Part shown: piece after piece, positions 32,856 through 43,745 of the stretch
Position numbering within the stretch: the stretch's first letter is position 1
Layout: each line of letters opens with the position of its first letter
From: an uncultured Chroococcidiopsis sp.
GTDB lineage: Bacteria > Cyanobacteriota > Cyanobacteriia > Cyanobacteriales > Chroococcidiopsidaceae
Length of the DNA: 46,332 nt
NCBI GenBank assembly: GCA_964248365.1
Contig: CAXTYC010000040.1
Location: 1 to 46,332, forward strand
Direction of reading: 5' to 3'
The notes under the pieces: generated by a model
What the model was told of the DNA's origin: nothing
Databases searched by the model: none
What the model saw: the letters and a program-made list of their open reading frames with translations, nothing else
Program-made: the position numbers and the translations under genes

Positions 32856-33571
32856 AAAGCCCCATTCATCCGATTGTTCACCCAATCATATGTATCTGAC
32901 TTTTCAACACTCAAAATTGATGCAATCGATTTTTCAAAAAAACCTGTTTTTTTACCACTGTGGTACTTTACTTTTTTCGGCTGTTGACGTATTATCTAAT
33001 AATGGAAATATGTGCCGTCCTATAAATCCAGTTTTGATTTAAATAATAAAGTAAATCATCCGATCAAATCACTCCCATTTCAACTGGTTTTAAATATTCC
33101 TCATACTCTGTGCATATATAGCAACCCGTGCAGTCAGAGTGAATTTTTCATGATGATTGTCTTTTAACCCTTCGGACAAATGACCAATAACGTATTGAGC
33201 GCAGTATTTCATGACTCAAATACGATTGCTATATTCGTCAGTTATTACAACGCAATAAATAAAAAGCCGCATTCATCTGATTGTTCATCCAACTCTATGC
33301 ATCTAACTCCACACTCGATTTTTCAAAAAAAACCTGTTTTTTTACCACTGTGGTACTTTACTTTTTTCGGCTGTTGACGTAGTATTAAATAATGGAAATA
33401 TGTGCCGTCCTATAAATCCAGTTCAGATTTAAATAATAAAGTAAATCATCTCATCAAATCACTCCCATTTCAACTGGGTTTAAATATTCCTCGTCTTTAA
33501 AAGCGAAAATTCTTGGATAATCTAAGGTAAAGCGAAATATGTAAGACTTAAGAAGCAATCGCCCATCAACT

Positions 33572-33939
33572 ATGAATTTAACTCCACAGCAAGCAGCAGA
33601 CAAAAATACTCCACCGTAACAGTTAAGAATACTGGTAAATCAGTGTATTGAAATAAAGGCTTGTTGCTCAAAATTCCCCCCCCCGAACTAGAATTGTTGC
33701 GCGAACTAGCATCTTGTGGCGATAAAACTATTTGTAAAGCAGTTGTGAGTAATCCCAATACCCCAACTGATGTATTATTGGCTTTAGGTGCAAAGTTTCC
33801 AGGGCAATTGCTAGAGAATCCACTTTTTTCTCTGTTGCTGCTGGAAAATCCGAATTTTTTAGCACAGATGCCTTGGGAAACACAGTATAGCTTATATAGC
33901 TATCACCCAACGCCAGAAAAAATACGCGCATCGGCTTGA
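33572..33939 (+). pseudogene. second LRV repeat protein, paralog of 31800-32855, disrupted
   Basis: MNLTPQQAADKNTPP* then PELLRELA..VVSNPNTPTDVLLALGAKFP..LLENP, paralleling the first copy. Confidence 0.8.
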
Positions 33940-34249
33940 TGAACTTGAATATACACCATGAGGAGCGATCGCGCAAAATCTATCCCATCACCCATACCTT
34001 TATCAAAACCAAAGATAGCCTTTTCTTCTCGCCTTTGCGCCTTTGCGACGAGCGCGTCTTTGCGTGATATTCTATCAAAAAAAATTTCTTTTTTTACCTC
34101 TAGGTACTTTACTTTCGGCGGCTCTAGAGGTATTATTTTATAATGGTAACCTGTGCGAAATTAAAATTTAGGTTTACAAATCGATTCTTAAGTAAACTAT
34201 ATCAGGAACTGCGCGCCTTTGCAACCCCTTCCCATTATTTAAATCCAAT

Positions 34250-34519
34250 TCAAAAAGCTTGCACCCACTCTTTGATTTCGTATTCTGTCCAAATACCATT
34301 TTGCCAGTAAGGATCAGCTTCAACTAACCCACGAACTGTGCTTTCATCTTCAGCCTCATAAATAGCAAAAACTTTGGTGACATCTTTGGTAGGACCAATC
34401 GTAATTAAAACGCCAGATTCTTTTTGTTTTGCCAATCCATCTAAATGCGCTTGGCGATAAGGTGCGCGTTTTTCTAGCACATCCTCGCAGTAAGATCCCC
34501 ACATTACATATTTGGTCAT
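34250..34519 (-). CDS. YciI family protein
   Basis: KRAPYRQAHL, IGPT, DPYWQNGIW; ATG at 34519. Confidence 0.9.
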   Translation of the reverse strand: MTKYVMWGSYCEDVLEKRAPYRQAHLDGLAKQKESGVLITIGPTKDVTKVFAIYEAEDESTVRGLVEADPYWQNGIWTEYEIKEWVQAF

Positions 34520-34971
34520 AGCTTTGGTTGTGTATTTGTACTTTTGTATTTGTACACCATTTTTGCTCTTCTTAAGAAGCACGATAAGCAAGTCAAAAGT
34601 CAAGCATCATAAAAAAGAGCTTTTTTTAGCATTTTGACGACCGAGTGTATGCAATGTTTTACCACCAAATAGCTTAGTCATAGGTAGTATCGTCTGATTT
34701 CTATTTTCAGCAAGATTCAATAAAGCAGATAGTGTATCTTCAATCTGCTGGAAGCTCGTGGTAGATACTTAATAATAAAAATAATTAGGATAGTTATAGG
34801 AGGACACAGATTCCCATTATCTAAATATAGCAAACAAGGAATGGAAAGTAAAGTAGAAAAAGGGGAAAAAACAAACTTTTTTTTGAAAATATATAATTTA
34901 TTTTGAGAATAAATTATTTGAAACACACAATTTGAGCGAAGAATTCCCCCCCAAAGGAGGGGGAGAAAAAA

Positions 34972-37476
34972 TCAGCTTCTGAGATTAACGTTGAATTTTT
35001 CGACGAGATATTCTCGCACCTTTTGATGCACTGGTTCAACGTCGGCATCAGTCAAAGTGCGATCGCCCAGTCGATAAACTAGTCTAAACGCCAAACTTCT
35101 TTGCCCTGCTGGGACATTTTTACCCAGATATTCATCAAACAATTCTACAGACTCAAGTAACTTTCCGGCTGCAAATGCGATCGCTCTTTGTATTTCAGCA
35201 ACAGAAATGTGAGTCGAGGCGAAAAAGGCGATATCCCGATCTAGGGCTGGGTAGGTAGAATAGGGCTGGAAACGAGGAATGAAATTTTCATCTTCATCTA
35301 AGAAATTCAACAGCAAATCTAAATCGAGTTGGAAAACATAGACTTCATCGGGCAAACCTCTTTCCCCGCGAATTTGAGGATGCAATTGCCCAAAAGTTCC
35401 CAATCGACTACCTTGCAACCATAAAGAAGCAGTACGCCCAGGATGTAAGCGGGAATCTTGACGAGTGGGTTGATATTCGACGCTTAAGCCTAATCTTTTA
35501 AATACAGCTTCGAGTACTCCCTTTGCCTCAAACCAGGACATTGGTTGATCTCGTCCACCTCGTATCCACTTGCCCTGGGTAGGATCTCCTCCTAGAATAC
35601 CAGCGATCGCCTCAGCTTCTACCAACCCTTCCTCTTCTTGCCAAAATATCCGCCCCATTTCAAATCCATTGAGCGAACCATTACCCTGTTCTAAATTGAA
35701 CTCGAAAGCATCAATCAAACCAGAAATCAAATCAGTTCGCAAAGCCGAGTATTCTGCAAACAACGGGTTAGCTAGCATCACCTGTCTTGGTTCTCCTGGC
35801 TTCACCAAAGAGTAGTGCATTAATTCGGTTAATCCGGAACCCCGAAAAGCTTCTCGCAGCTGCCGTGTTAACTGCTGATCCTCTGTCAGGTAGCCTAGTT
35901 CAGTTTGCTGGGGCAGCGTGTCACAAAACTTATCGTAACCATATACACGGGCAATTTCCTCAATCAGGTCAATTTCTCGCTCTAAATCACGATAGCGATA
36001 GGGTGGAACACTCACCAGAAAGACTCGCTCTTTTTCCCTATCTGGAACTACTTGACATCCCAGTGCAGTTAGAGTGTGCTGAATATCTTGTGGTTGCAAA
36101 AGAGCGACTTCTTCTCCCAAATCTACTGCTCCCAGTACAGCATTAACTCGATCTAGACGCAATTGGATTGATCGAGTTAGTGTGCCTGCATCCGGTCTAC
36201 GATCAGCCATCTGCTGATTTACAGCAATACCCCCAGCGATTTGATGAATCAGTGTCAAAGCACGGCGACAGGCTACTTCTAACTCAGCATAATTGACACC
36301 GCGCTCGAATCTAGCAGAGGCTTCGGTGCGTAAACCGAGGCTACGGGCAGAACGGCGAATTGCAGGGGAATCAAATAGGGCAGCTTCTAAAACTAAACTT
36401 TGCGTTTCTTGGTGGACTTCGGTTTCTTCACCACCCATCAACCCAGCCAAAGCCACTGGTTTATCATTGGCTGTAATTAGTAGAGCTTGGGTTGATAAGT
36501 TGCGGATTTGTCCATCGAGTGTTTTGAGTGATTCTCCAGACGAGGCAAAGCGGACTGAGATAGTAAGTTTATCGCCTTGGGCTACTGCCTGCAAGCGATC
36601 GCGGTCAAAGGCGTGTAGCGGCTGCCCCCACTCCAGCATAATGTAGTTGGTAACATCCACAACATTGTTAATTGGTCGTACTCCAGCTGCTTGTAAACGC
36701 TGTTGCAACCATTCGGGGGATGAACCAATTTTTACCTGTTCAATGATTGTCCCAATGTATGCAGGGCAAGCTTGAACCGAGATATTTATTGCTAAACCAC
36801 TTGCAGTTGTAGGAATAGATAGCTCGTCTGGTAGGGGCAGTCTTAACTTTGCCCCAGTCAGTGCTGCTACTTCCCGCGCTATACCTACCATACTCAAAGC
36901 ATCAGCACGATTTGCCGTTGCTGTCAAGTCTAAAATTACATCATCCAAACCTAACAAAGGTCGAACATCAGCACCCAGTTTGAGGTTCGATAGATCCTCT
37001 TGTCCTCTCGCCTCTTGCCCCAAACTTCGTCCCGCAACGCTTACGCCTCTCGCCTCTCCAAAAACATGAATACCTGCCGATTCTTTTGCTAAACCCAACT
37101 CGGCTAGAGAACAAATCATGCCTTCGGAACGCACAGAGCGTAGATTAGCGGCGCGAATTTTGACATCTATCTTAGGTAAGTAAGTACCGACAGTGGCTAT
37201 TGGTACATAAATACCTGCCCGAACGTTAGAAGCACCACAGACAATGTTTAACGGTTCACCTGACTTACCAATATCTACTTTGGTGACGCTCAACTTATCA
37301 GCATTGGGGTGGCGTTGACATTCAAGCACAAGTCCAACCACAACACCCTCAGCCCAGGTACGTCGATCTTCAATATCTTCTACCTCAAAGCCAGCCATTG
37401 TTAATGTTTGGGCTAACTCCTCTGGAGTCAGCGTAAAATCGACTAGTTCCCGCAACCAGTTAAGAGAAATACGCAT
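34972..37476 (-). CDS. pheT: phenylalanine--tRNA ligase beta subunit
   Basis: [56 protein letters not shown]-terminal FDX-ACB. Confidence 0.98.
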   Translation of the reverse strand: MRISLNWLRELVDFTLTPEELAQTLTMAGFEVEDIEDRRTWAEGVVVGLVLECQRHPNADKLSVTKVDIGKSGEPLNIVCGASNVRAGIYVPIATVGTYLPKIDVKIRAANLRSVRSEGMICSLAELGLAKESAGIHVFGEARGVSVAGRSLGQEARGQEDLSNLKLGADVRPLLGLDDVILDLTATANRADALSMVGIAREVAALTGAKLRLPLPDELSIPTTASGLAINISVQACPAYIGTIIEQVKIGSSPEWLQQRLQAAGVRPINNVVDVTNYIMLEWGQPLHAFDRDRLQAVAQGDKLTISVRFASSGESLKTLDGQIRNLSTQALLITANDKPVALAGLMGGEETEVHQETQSLVLEAALFDSPAIRRSARSLGLRTEASARFERGVNYAELEVACRRALTLIHQIAGGIAVNQQMADRRPDAGTLTRSIQLRLDRVNAVLGAVDLGEEVALLQPQDIQHTLTALGCQVVPDREKERVFLVSVPPYRYRDLEREIDLIEEIARVYGYDKFCDTLPQQTELGYLTEDQQLTRQLREAFRGSGLTELMHYSLVKPGEPRQVMLANPLFAEYSALRTDLISGLIDAFEFNLEQGNGSLNGFEMGRIFWQEEEGLVEAEAIAGILGGDPTQGKWIRGGRDQPMSWFEAKGVLEAVFKRLGLSVEYQPTRQDSRLHPGRTASLWLQGSRLGTFGQLHPQIRGERGLPDEVYVFQLDLDLLLNFLDEDENFIPRFQPYSTYPALDRDIAFFASTHISVAEIQRAIAFAAGKLLESVELFDEYLGKNVPAGQRSLAFRLVYRLGDRTLTDADVEPVHQKVREYLVEKFNVNLRS

Positions 37477-37678
37477 GGAGTGTGATTGGTTGTTTTTAGA
37501 TTCAGCCCAACATATCTTACAAAAGAAATCGAGTAAATGACAGAAGCTCGGTTTGAAGATGCATAGCTTTATTATTTCATTTTTACACTGCCAATTTTTG
37601 GATACTTAGTCGATTGTGTAGGATGAAAGTAGAATATTGGCGATCGCACATTATATATTTAACTTGCGGTGTAAGACT

Positions 37679-38536
37679 TTAGCGCCCAGGTGTGGGATTA
37701 CCACCATATTTAATTAAAAGGGCAATCGCACAACTCACAGCAAAAACTAAAACCATACTCAAAGCAGATCCAAAACCCCAGTTCTGACTTGCGCCTAAAA
37801 AGGAGTTGTAAATCAGACGAGCAATAGTCATGCTAGAAGCACCGCCGAGTAATTCGGGATCGACAAAATCACCAATACCAGTAATAAATACCAATAAACA
37901 ACCAGCAGCAATACCAGGCAAAGTTTGCGGTACTGTTACCTTCCAGAAAGTTTGCAACTCATTTGCACCTAAGTCAGCAGCTGCTTCTAGTAACCTTCGA
38001 TCCAGCTTTTCCAAGGAAGCATAAAGAATCAAAACCATATAAGGCAATAAGCTATAACTCATACCAATCAACACAGCCGGACTAGTGTTAAGTAAATCCA
38101 CATTTGGTAGTCCCAAAACAGCTAGTAGTGAATTGAGTAAACCCGTAGGACGCAAAATTGTAATCCAGGCATAAGAACGCAACAGCGATGATGTCCATAA
38201 GGGTAAGACGAAACCCAGTAGGAGTATATTTCGCCAACGTGGGGGAGTTAGCAGGGCGATGCAGTAAGCGACAGGAAATCCCAGGAGTAAACAAATAACT
38301 GTGCTACCGACAGCAAAAAAAAGCGATCTAAGCAGTACTTTCAGATAAAGAGGTACAAACACCAAAGCATAGTTATCCAATCCACTGGGATTAACTATAT
38401 TTCCTGGTCGAAACCCAGGTACTAGACTCAACTCTAAAATAATTAGCGTGGGTAGCACCAGCAACAGCGTCAACCACATAAAAGCAGGTGCTAGTAATAC
38501 CAATGGTTCTAGCCATTTCACCCATCGACGACGCAT
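37679..38536 (-). CDS. potB: polyamine ABC transporter permease, PotB-like
   Basis: LP.WTS.L.RSYAW, LPYMVL.LY, LLEAAADLGA, P.LLGG. Confidence 0.9.
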   Translation of the reverse strand: MRRRWVKWLEPLVLLAPAFMWLTLLLVLPTLIILELSLVPGFRPGNIVNPSGLDNYALVFVPLYLKVLLRSLFFAVGSTVICLLLGFPVAYCIALLTPPRWRNILLLGFVLPLWTSSLLRSYAWITILRPTGLLNSLLAVLGLPNVDLLNTSPAVLIGMSYSLLPYMVLILYASLEKLDRRLLEAAADLGANELQTFWKVTVPQTLPGIAAGCLLVFITGIGDFVDPELLGGASSMTIARLIYNSFLGASQNWGFGSALSMVLVFAVSCAIALLIKYGGNPTPGR

Positions 38537-38644
38537 AAACAATTATCAATTATCAATTATCAATTACCCCTTACCAATTACCACTTGTTCATTGAACATT
38601 ATTCATTGTTCATTGATAATTTCCCCTCTGCCCTCTTCTAGCCC

Positions 38645-39793
38645 CTAGCTACTAGTTAACTGAGTCCAGTAACGCTCATAAACACTATCAAACTTTTCCA
38701 AGGGAGAAATACGTTCACACTTTTCCAGAATTGATTCTGGCGGGAACAAATTGGTATTTTGACGGCTTTGTGGGGGTAATTGCTCAACTGCTACTCGATT
38801 TGGCGGGGCGACACCCAAACGCAAGCTAGTTTGAGCCGCCACTGCTGGTTGTAGATTAAAGTTGAGCCAAGCATATGCAGCATCAAGGTTAGGAGCAGTT
38901 TTTGGAATCGCCATTGTGTCTGTCCACAACGAAGAACCACTGCGAGGAATCACATAATTTAGGTTAGGATTTTCTTTAATGACTCGGATGCCATCTGCTG
39001 AGTAACACATTGACAGCAGCAGATCTCCGGCTAGCAATTGGTTTTGCCAAGCGTCTGTATCAAAAGCTGCTATGCTCGGCTTGAGGAGTCGTAATTTTTC
39101 ATAAGCTTGTTTGATTTGCGACTCATTTGTTGAGTTGTAGGAGTAGCCCAACATCCGTAACGTTCCACCCATCACCTCACGCACATCATTTAGCAGCGTC
39201 ATGCGTTTCGATAATTGTTCCTGATTGTTCCAAAGATAGTCCCAATCTGTAGGCGCAACTGCTAACTTGAGTCGATTGTAGATAAATCCGGTTGTTCCCC
39301 AACTCATAGGTATAGTGTGGCGGTTATGTGCATCGTATGAAGGATTTTGAAACCTGGGGAAGAGATTATCTAGACCTTTTAAACGGGTACTATCGAGTTC
39401 CTGTAACAAACCCAGCTTTACCATCCGCCGCACCATATAGTCACTGGGATAGATGACACTGTAAGCGCTGCCACCCCCAGCCTGTAGTTTAGCCAATAAG
39501 GTTTCATTGGAATCAAAAACATCTGCAACTACTTTGATGCCAGTTTGATCAGTGAAGCTGTTGAGTAAATTTTCATCGGTATACTGGGACCATGTGTAGA
39601 TGTATAGACTATCAGTATTTGTTTGAGTGGGCGATCGCCCAGCTACCCCTCCCTGTCGCCAGCCACAACGAGTAAGCGCTAATCCAGAAATTGCTGCTAC
39701 CGATGCTTTTAAGAACCGCCGCCTGGATGGACTAGACTTGCAATAAATTTTTTGTTGTGACATCTGGGGAAGCCGAGGGAAAAACTTATTCAT
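38645..39793 (-). CDS. potD: polyamine ABC transporter substrate-binding protein, PotD-like, Tat/lipoprotein signal
   Basis: SRRRFLK signal, YTWSQY, FDSNE, PSDYMV, WGTTG, WTD.MAIPK. Confidence 0.9.
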   Translation of the reverse strand: MNKFFPRLPQMSQQKIYCKSSPSRRRFLKASVAAISGLALTRCGWRQGGVAGRSPTQTNTDSLYIYTWSQYTDENLLNSFTDQTGIKVVADVFDSNETLLAKLQAGGGSAYSVIYPSDYMVRRMVKLGLLQELDSTRLKGLDNLFPRFQNPSYDAHNRHTIPMSWGTTGFIYNRLKLAVAPTDWDYLWNNQEQLSKRMTLLNDVREVMGGTLRMLGYSYNSTNESQIKQAYEKLRLLKPSIAAFDTDAWQNQLLAGDLLLSMCYSADGIRVIKENPNLNYVIPRSGSSLWTDTMAIPKTAPNLDAAYAWLNFNLQPAVAAQTSLRLGVAPPNRVAVEQLPPQSRQNTNLFPPESILEKCERISPLEKFDSVYERYWTQLTSS

Positions 39794-39926
39794 AACAAAA
39801 CTTGACTAAATCCAGCTTGTGTGGTAAATAATATTATTGACAAAGCGGTTAGTAAGCGCAGTTACCAGTTACCAGTTATCAGTTACCAACTACCAACTAC
39901 CAGTTACAGCTAACAGCTAAAAGCTA

Positions 39927-41057
39927 TCATTGAGCCGTCAAAGCTAGACAATCTGTTGCTTTCCAGTAAACGTAGATTGGTGTATGGGCATCGGAGAGAA
40001 TATTACCAAGGTTGGGCTGTAAGACAGTTAAGCGATCGCCCGATAATAATTCCACCAGATATTGAACGTGAGTTCCCAAATACATCACCTGCTTCAACCG
40101 CCCTTCAAACGAGTTAAATTGTACATTCGGTTGGTCAAGACTCAGGTGAATTTTTTCTGGTCGTATACTAACCATTACAGACCGAGTTGACTCACAAACA
40201 GGATTAAACTCCTGGTGTTGCACAATGATTTTCAAACCTGTTTGAGTTATGATTTGCACATTTGATCTTTCGCTGCTGGTGATTTGACCTGGAAATAAAT
40301 TGGTATTGCCAATAAAATCGGCAACAAAAGGTGTTCGGGGCTGCTCATAGATTTCTTTAGGCGAACCAACTTGCTCAATTTTGCCCTGATGCATGACAGC
40401 GATGCGATCTGACAAAGACAGTGCTTCTTCTTGATCGTGAGTCACAAAGATAAAAGTTAATCTCAAATCCGAATGCAGGGAAGATAACTCTACCTGCATT
40501 TCCTTGCGTAGCTTGAGATCGAGCGCTCCCAACGGTTCATCCAACAAAAGCACAGCAGGACGATTTACCAAAGCTCTTGCCAAAGCTACCCGTTGCTGCT
40601 GTCCGCCAGATAATTGGGATGGAAAACGCGATCGCATTTCTTCCATTTTTACCAATTTTAAGACTGCTGCGACGCGGCTTTGAACTTCAGCCCTCGACAG
40701 TTTTTTTAGCCGTAATCCAAAAGCAATATTATCCCAAACATTCAAATGATTAAACAAAGCATAACTTTGAAACACTGTGTTAACAGGTCGTCGATAGGGT
40801 GGCACATGATTCATTAACTCCGACTGAATCAACACCCTCCCTGCGTCAGCCCTTTCAAACCCAGCAATCAAGCGCAGCGTAGTCGTCTTACCACAACCAG
40901 AAGAACCCAAAATACTAAAAAACTCTCCCTGTCGGATATGCAAGTTAACACCATTGACAGCAGGCTCTTGATTGAAGAATTTAAAAACGTTTAGCAGTTC
41001 AACATCAAACTGCGATGCGCTCACTGGGTTTATATCCTGTGTAGTCCTGTGTACCAT
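39927..41057 (-). CDS. potA: polyamine ABC transporter ATP-binding protein
   Basis: GSSGCGKTT, VNTVFQSYALF, LSGGQQQRVALARA, LLDEPLGALD.KLR, C-terminal TOBE. Confidence 0.92.
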   Translation of the reverse strand: MVHRTTQDINPVSASQFDVELLNVFKFFNQEPAVNGVNLHIRQGEFFSILGSSGCGKTTTLRLIAGFERADAGRVLIQSELMNHVPPYRRPVNTVFQSYALFNHLNVWDNIAFGLRLKKLSRAEVQSRVAAVLKLVKMEEMRSRFPSQLSGGQQQRVALARALVNRPAVLLLDEPLGALDLKLRKEMQVELSSLHSDLRLTFIFVTHDQEEALSLSDRIAVMHQGKIEQVGSPKEIYEQPRTPFVADFIGNTNLFPGQITSSERSNVQIITQTGLKIIVQHQEFNPVCESTRSVMVSIRPEKIHLSLDQPNVQFNSFEGRLKQVMYLGTHVQYLVELLSGDRLTVLQPNLGNILSDAHTPIYVYWKATDCLALTAQ

Positions 41058-41524
41058 CCGGCTTGTACCTTGCCCCCCAGCTTCGGGGGCAAATCATCTT
41101 GGGATAACGTTACAATTCAAAAACCAAAATAGTAGATGTAGTTTTGATATCCAAATGCATATTGTATTTGGGTAGTAGCCAATCAGACTTCAGTTTTATT
41201 CTATTTTGCCTTCAGGCAAAATATAAATTTGTATAAATTTACTTGCGTTAAGTACAATTCGCTCCTTTCTTGCCGTAGATTTCCAACCTTCGTTATATCA
41301 CTTCAACCGATTTGGCGATCGCCCCTCCCTCTAGTTAAATTAGAACCGATTACCTTGCCCACAATTTCCAAATCTTGAAGCGCACTTGTCCCCTTTGCTA
41401 AGAATCCCTCTTTTTCTTAGCGCTTACTCTTCGAGAAGCCGCTTTGCGCCTTTGCGCCTTTGCGCGATCAAAATTTAAAATTGATCCACACCTTCTCCAG
41501 CATCTCAAACCGAAATCATCACTT

Positions 41525-43351
41525 ATGAAACTGACTGCCCCAAGTGGTAGGACTAAAACTACACGTACTATAGGACAACGTAACCAATCTTTAGCATTAA
41601 TGCTGGGGATTACTTTATTCATATTTGGTGGCATTGGCAGTCGTCTAGCCTACCTACAACTGCTCGAAGGAACCCACAATCGACAGCAGGCAGAAAACAA
41701 CCGCATTCGATTGATTCCCAAACAACCAGAAAGAGGCAACATTTTTGATCGCAAAGGCAGAATTTTAGCTAGCAGTCGGCTTTCCCACTCAGTATACGTG
41801 TGGCCCATAGCTCCCAAAAAACCCCAATGGGCGGATACCATAAAGCGCCTAGCCCAAATTTTAAATATGCCAGAGTCGGAGATCCAAAAGCGGATGGACA
41901 AAGCAGGCTACAATTCCCCCACCTTGATCCGCATAGCCAGAGATTTAAATCCTGCCCAAATAACAGCATTAGCAGAATCCAAAAACGAGCTACCAGACGT
42001 TGAGGTGTTTATAGAAGCGATGCGGGGGTATCCCAATGGGCAAGTAGCTGCTCATATACTCGGTTACACCGGAGAAATGAATGATGAACAATTAGCCAAA
42101 AAGCGTCGAGAAGGTTATCGCCTGGGAGATGTAATCGGACAAATGGGAGTCGAGGCAGCATATGAGAAACAGCTTAGAGGAGAATGGGGGGGACAGCAAG
42201 TAGAGATAGATGGTAAAGGGCGAATTTTGCGTTATCTAGGCGATAAAAAGGCAAAATCAGGTCAGAGTATTCATTTAACCATAGACTTAGAGTTACAAAA
42301 AGCAGCAGAAAAAACTTTAGGCGATCGCCAAGGAGCGATCGTAGCACTCGATCCTCGTAACGGTGCGGTTTTAGCAATGGTTAGTCGCCCAACTTTTGAC
42401 CCCAACATTTTCTCTAAGCGCTTCACTCCATCTGTGTGGCGTAGCCTGCAAAAGAAAGATCATCCCTTTGTCAATCGCACTTTACAGGGATTTCCCCCAG
42501 CCAGTACGTTTAAAGTTATTACAACTACGGCTGGACTGGAATCAGGTAAATTTTCTCCCAACACAGTCCTACAAACATACGGCTGTATGAACATCGGCGG
42601 AACTAGTTTTTGCGATTGGAACCACGCCGGATTTGGACCATTGGGATTTGTGGGCGCACTGGCACACAGTAGCGACACGTTCTTCTATCAAATTGGCAGG
42701 GGAGTCGGTGGACCTACATTAATCGATTGGACGCGAAAATATGGTTTTGGGCGAAAAACAGGTATTGAATTAGCATCGGAAGAAGCAAAGGGATTGGTTG
42801 CTGATGCTAAATGGAAGCAGGAAAATCTTAAGCTTCCCTGGAGTGTGGGAGATACAGTGAATATGTCAATTGGGCAAGGATTTTTGCAAGTGACACCCCT
42901 GCAACTTGCCGTGATGTTTTCTGTACCTGCTAACGGCGGCTACCGAATTAAACCCCACTTGTTAAAAGACGATGAGGATTCAAAAAACTGGCGACAGTCT
43001 TTGAATTTAAAACCTACAACAGTACAAATACTGCGTCAAGGACTGCGGGCGGTGGTAGATGGTGGTACGGGTAAGGCGCTAAATTCGCCGACAATTCCGC
43101 CAGCAGCTGGTAAAAGTGGTACAGCGGAAACTTATAAACGTAAATCTCACACTTGGTTTGGTGGCATCGCGCCTATTAACAAGCCAGAAATTGTAGTAGT
43201 TGCCTTTGCTGAACACTCCGGCGGCGGCGGTGGTAAAATATGCGCCCCAATGGTGTTAAAAGTGATGGAGGCGTATTTTCACAGCACTCCGAAGTCAGCA
43301 GACAAAAAGGACTCACAAGTCACAAGTCACAAGTTGCGAGTCAGGAGATAG
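41525..43351 (+). CDS. mrdA: penicillin-binding protein 2
   Basis: RG.IFDR.G, G..GVE, STFK (SxxK), SSDTFFY, IGQG, KSGT. Confidence 0.95.
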   Translation: MKLTAPSGRTKTTRTIGQRNQSLALMLGITLFIFGGIGSRLAYLQLLEGTHNRQQAENNRIRLIPKQPERGNIFDRKGRILASSRLSHSVYVWPIAPKKPQWADTIKRLAQILNMPESEIQKRMDKAGYNSPTLIRIARDLNPAQITALAESKNELPDVEVFIEAMRGYPNGQVAAHILGYTGEMNDEQLAKKRREGYRLGDVIGQMGVEAAYEKQLRGEWGGQQVEIDGKGRILRYLGDKKAKSGQSIHLTIDLELQKAAEKTLGDRQGAIVALDPRNGAVLAMVSRPTFDPNIFSKRFTPSVWRSLQKKDHPFVNRTLQGFPPASTFKVITTTAGLESGKFSPNTVLQTYGCMNIGGTSFCDWNHAGFGPLGFVGALAHSSDTFFYQIGRGVGGPTLIDWTRKYGFGRKTGIELASEEAKGLVADAKWKQENLKLPWSVGDTVNMSIGQGFLQVTPLQLAVMFSVPANGGYRIKPHLLKDDEDSKNWRQSLNLKPTTVQILRQGLRAVVDGGTGKALNSPTIPPAAGKSGTAETYKRKSHTWFGGIAPINKPEIVVVAFAEHSGGGGGKICAPMVLKVMEAYFHSTPKSADKKDSQVTSHKLRVRR

Positions 43352-43484
43352 GAACCTAGGAACGGGTTTATTTAGACGAGCCAAAAACAGCTAATATGAC
43401 TAAACCCGTAAACACCTGTAAACAAACTGCGCCTCTTAAAGCACGGATTAGGTATGATTAAGACCTTGACATTAGCGACAAAAT

Positions 43485-43745
43485 ATGAAGCGTCTTGAAT
43501 CTGCAACTCCAGCTCAAGCTCGACAAACAAGAGAGGAATTTGCCAACCCAGACGCTTACCTAGATTATGAATTATATCTGGCAGTTAAAAAGTTACCGCC
43601 CTTGTATACACGTTTGGTAGGGGTAACTTTAAGTTTAGCAGTATTTGGCGCGATCGCTTGGGCAGCTTTCTACAAAGTTGATGAGGTAGCTGTTGCTCCT
43701 GGTAAAATAATTCCCTCGGATCGAGTGCAGCCAGTACGAGCGTGC
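43485..43745 (+). pseudogene. HlyD-family secretion adaptor, N-terminal fragment truncated at array B
   Basis: TM helix then IAWA..KVDEVAVAPGKIIPS.RVQPVRA typical of HlyD N-termini; the remainder of the ORF to 43910 is read-through of repeat DNA. Confidence 0.8.

Larger units (their letters stand above)
31081..34890. repeat. six dispersed copies of a ~150-bp AT-rich dyad motif
   Basis: TACTTTACTTT-N~25-ATAATGGRAAYMTGTG...AAGTA at ~31081, ~32930, ~33320 and ~34070 (plus), ~34740-34890 (minus), and a divergent inverted copy at 31485-31619. Confidence 0.8.
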
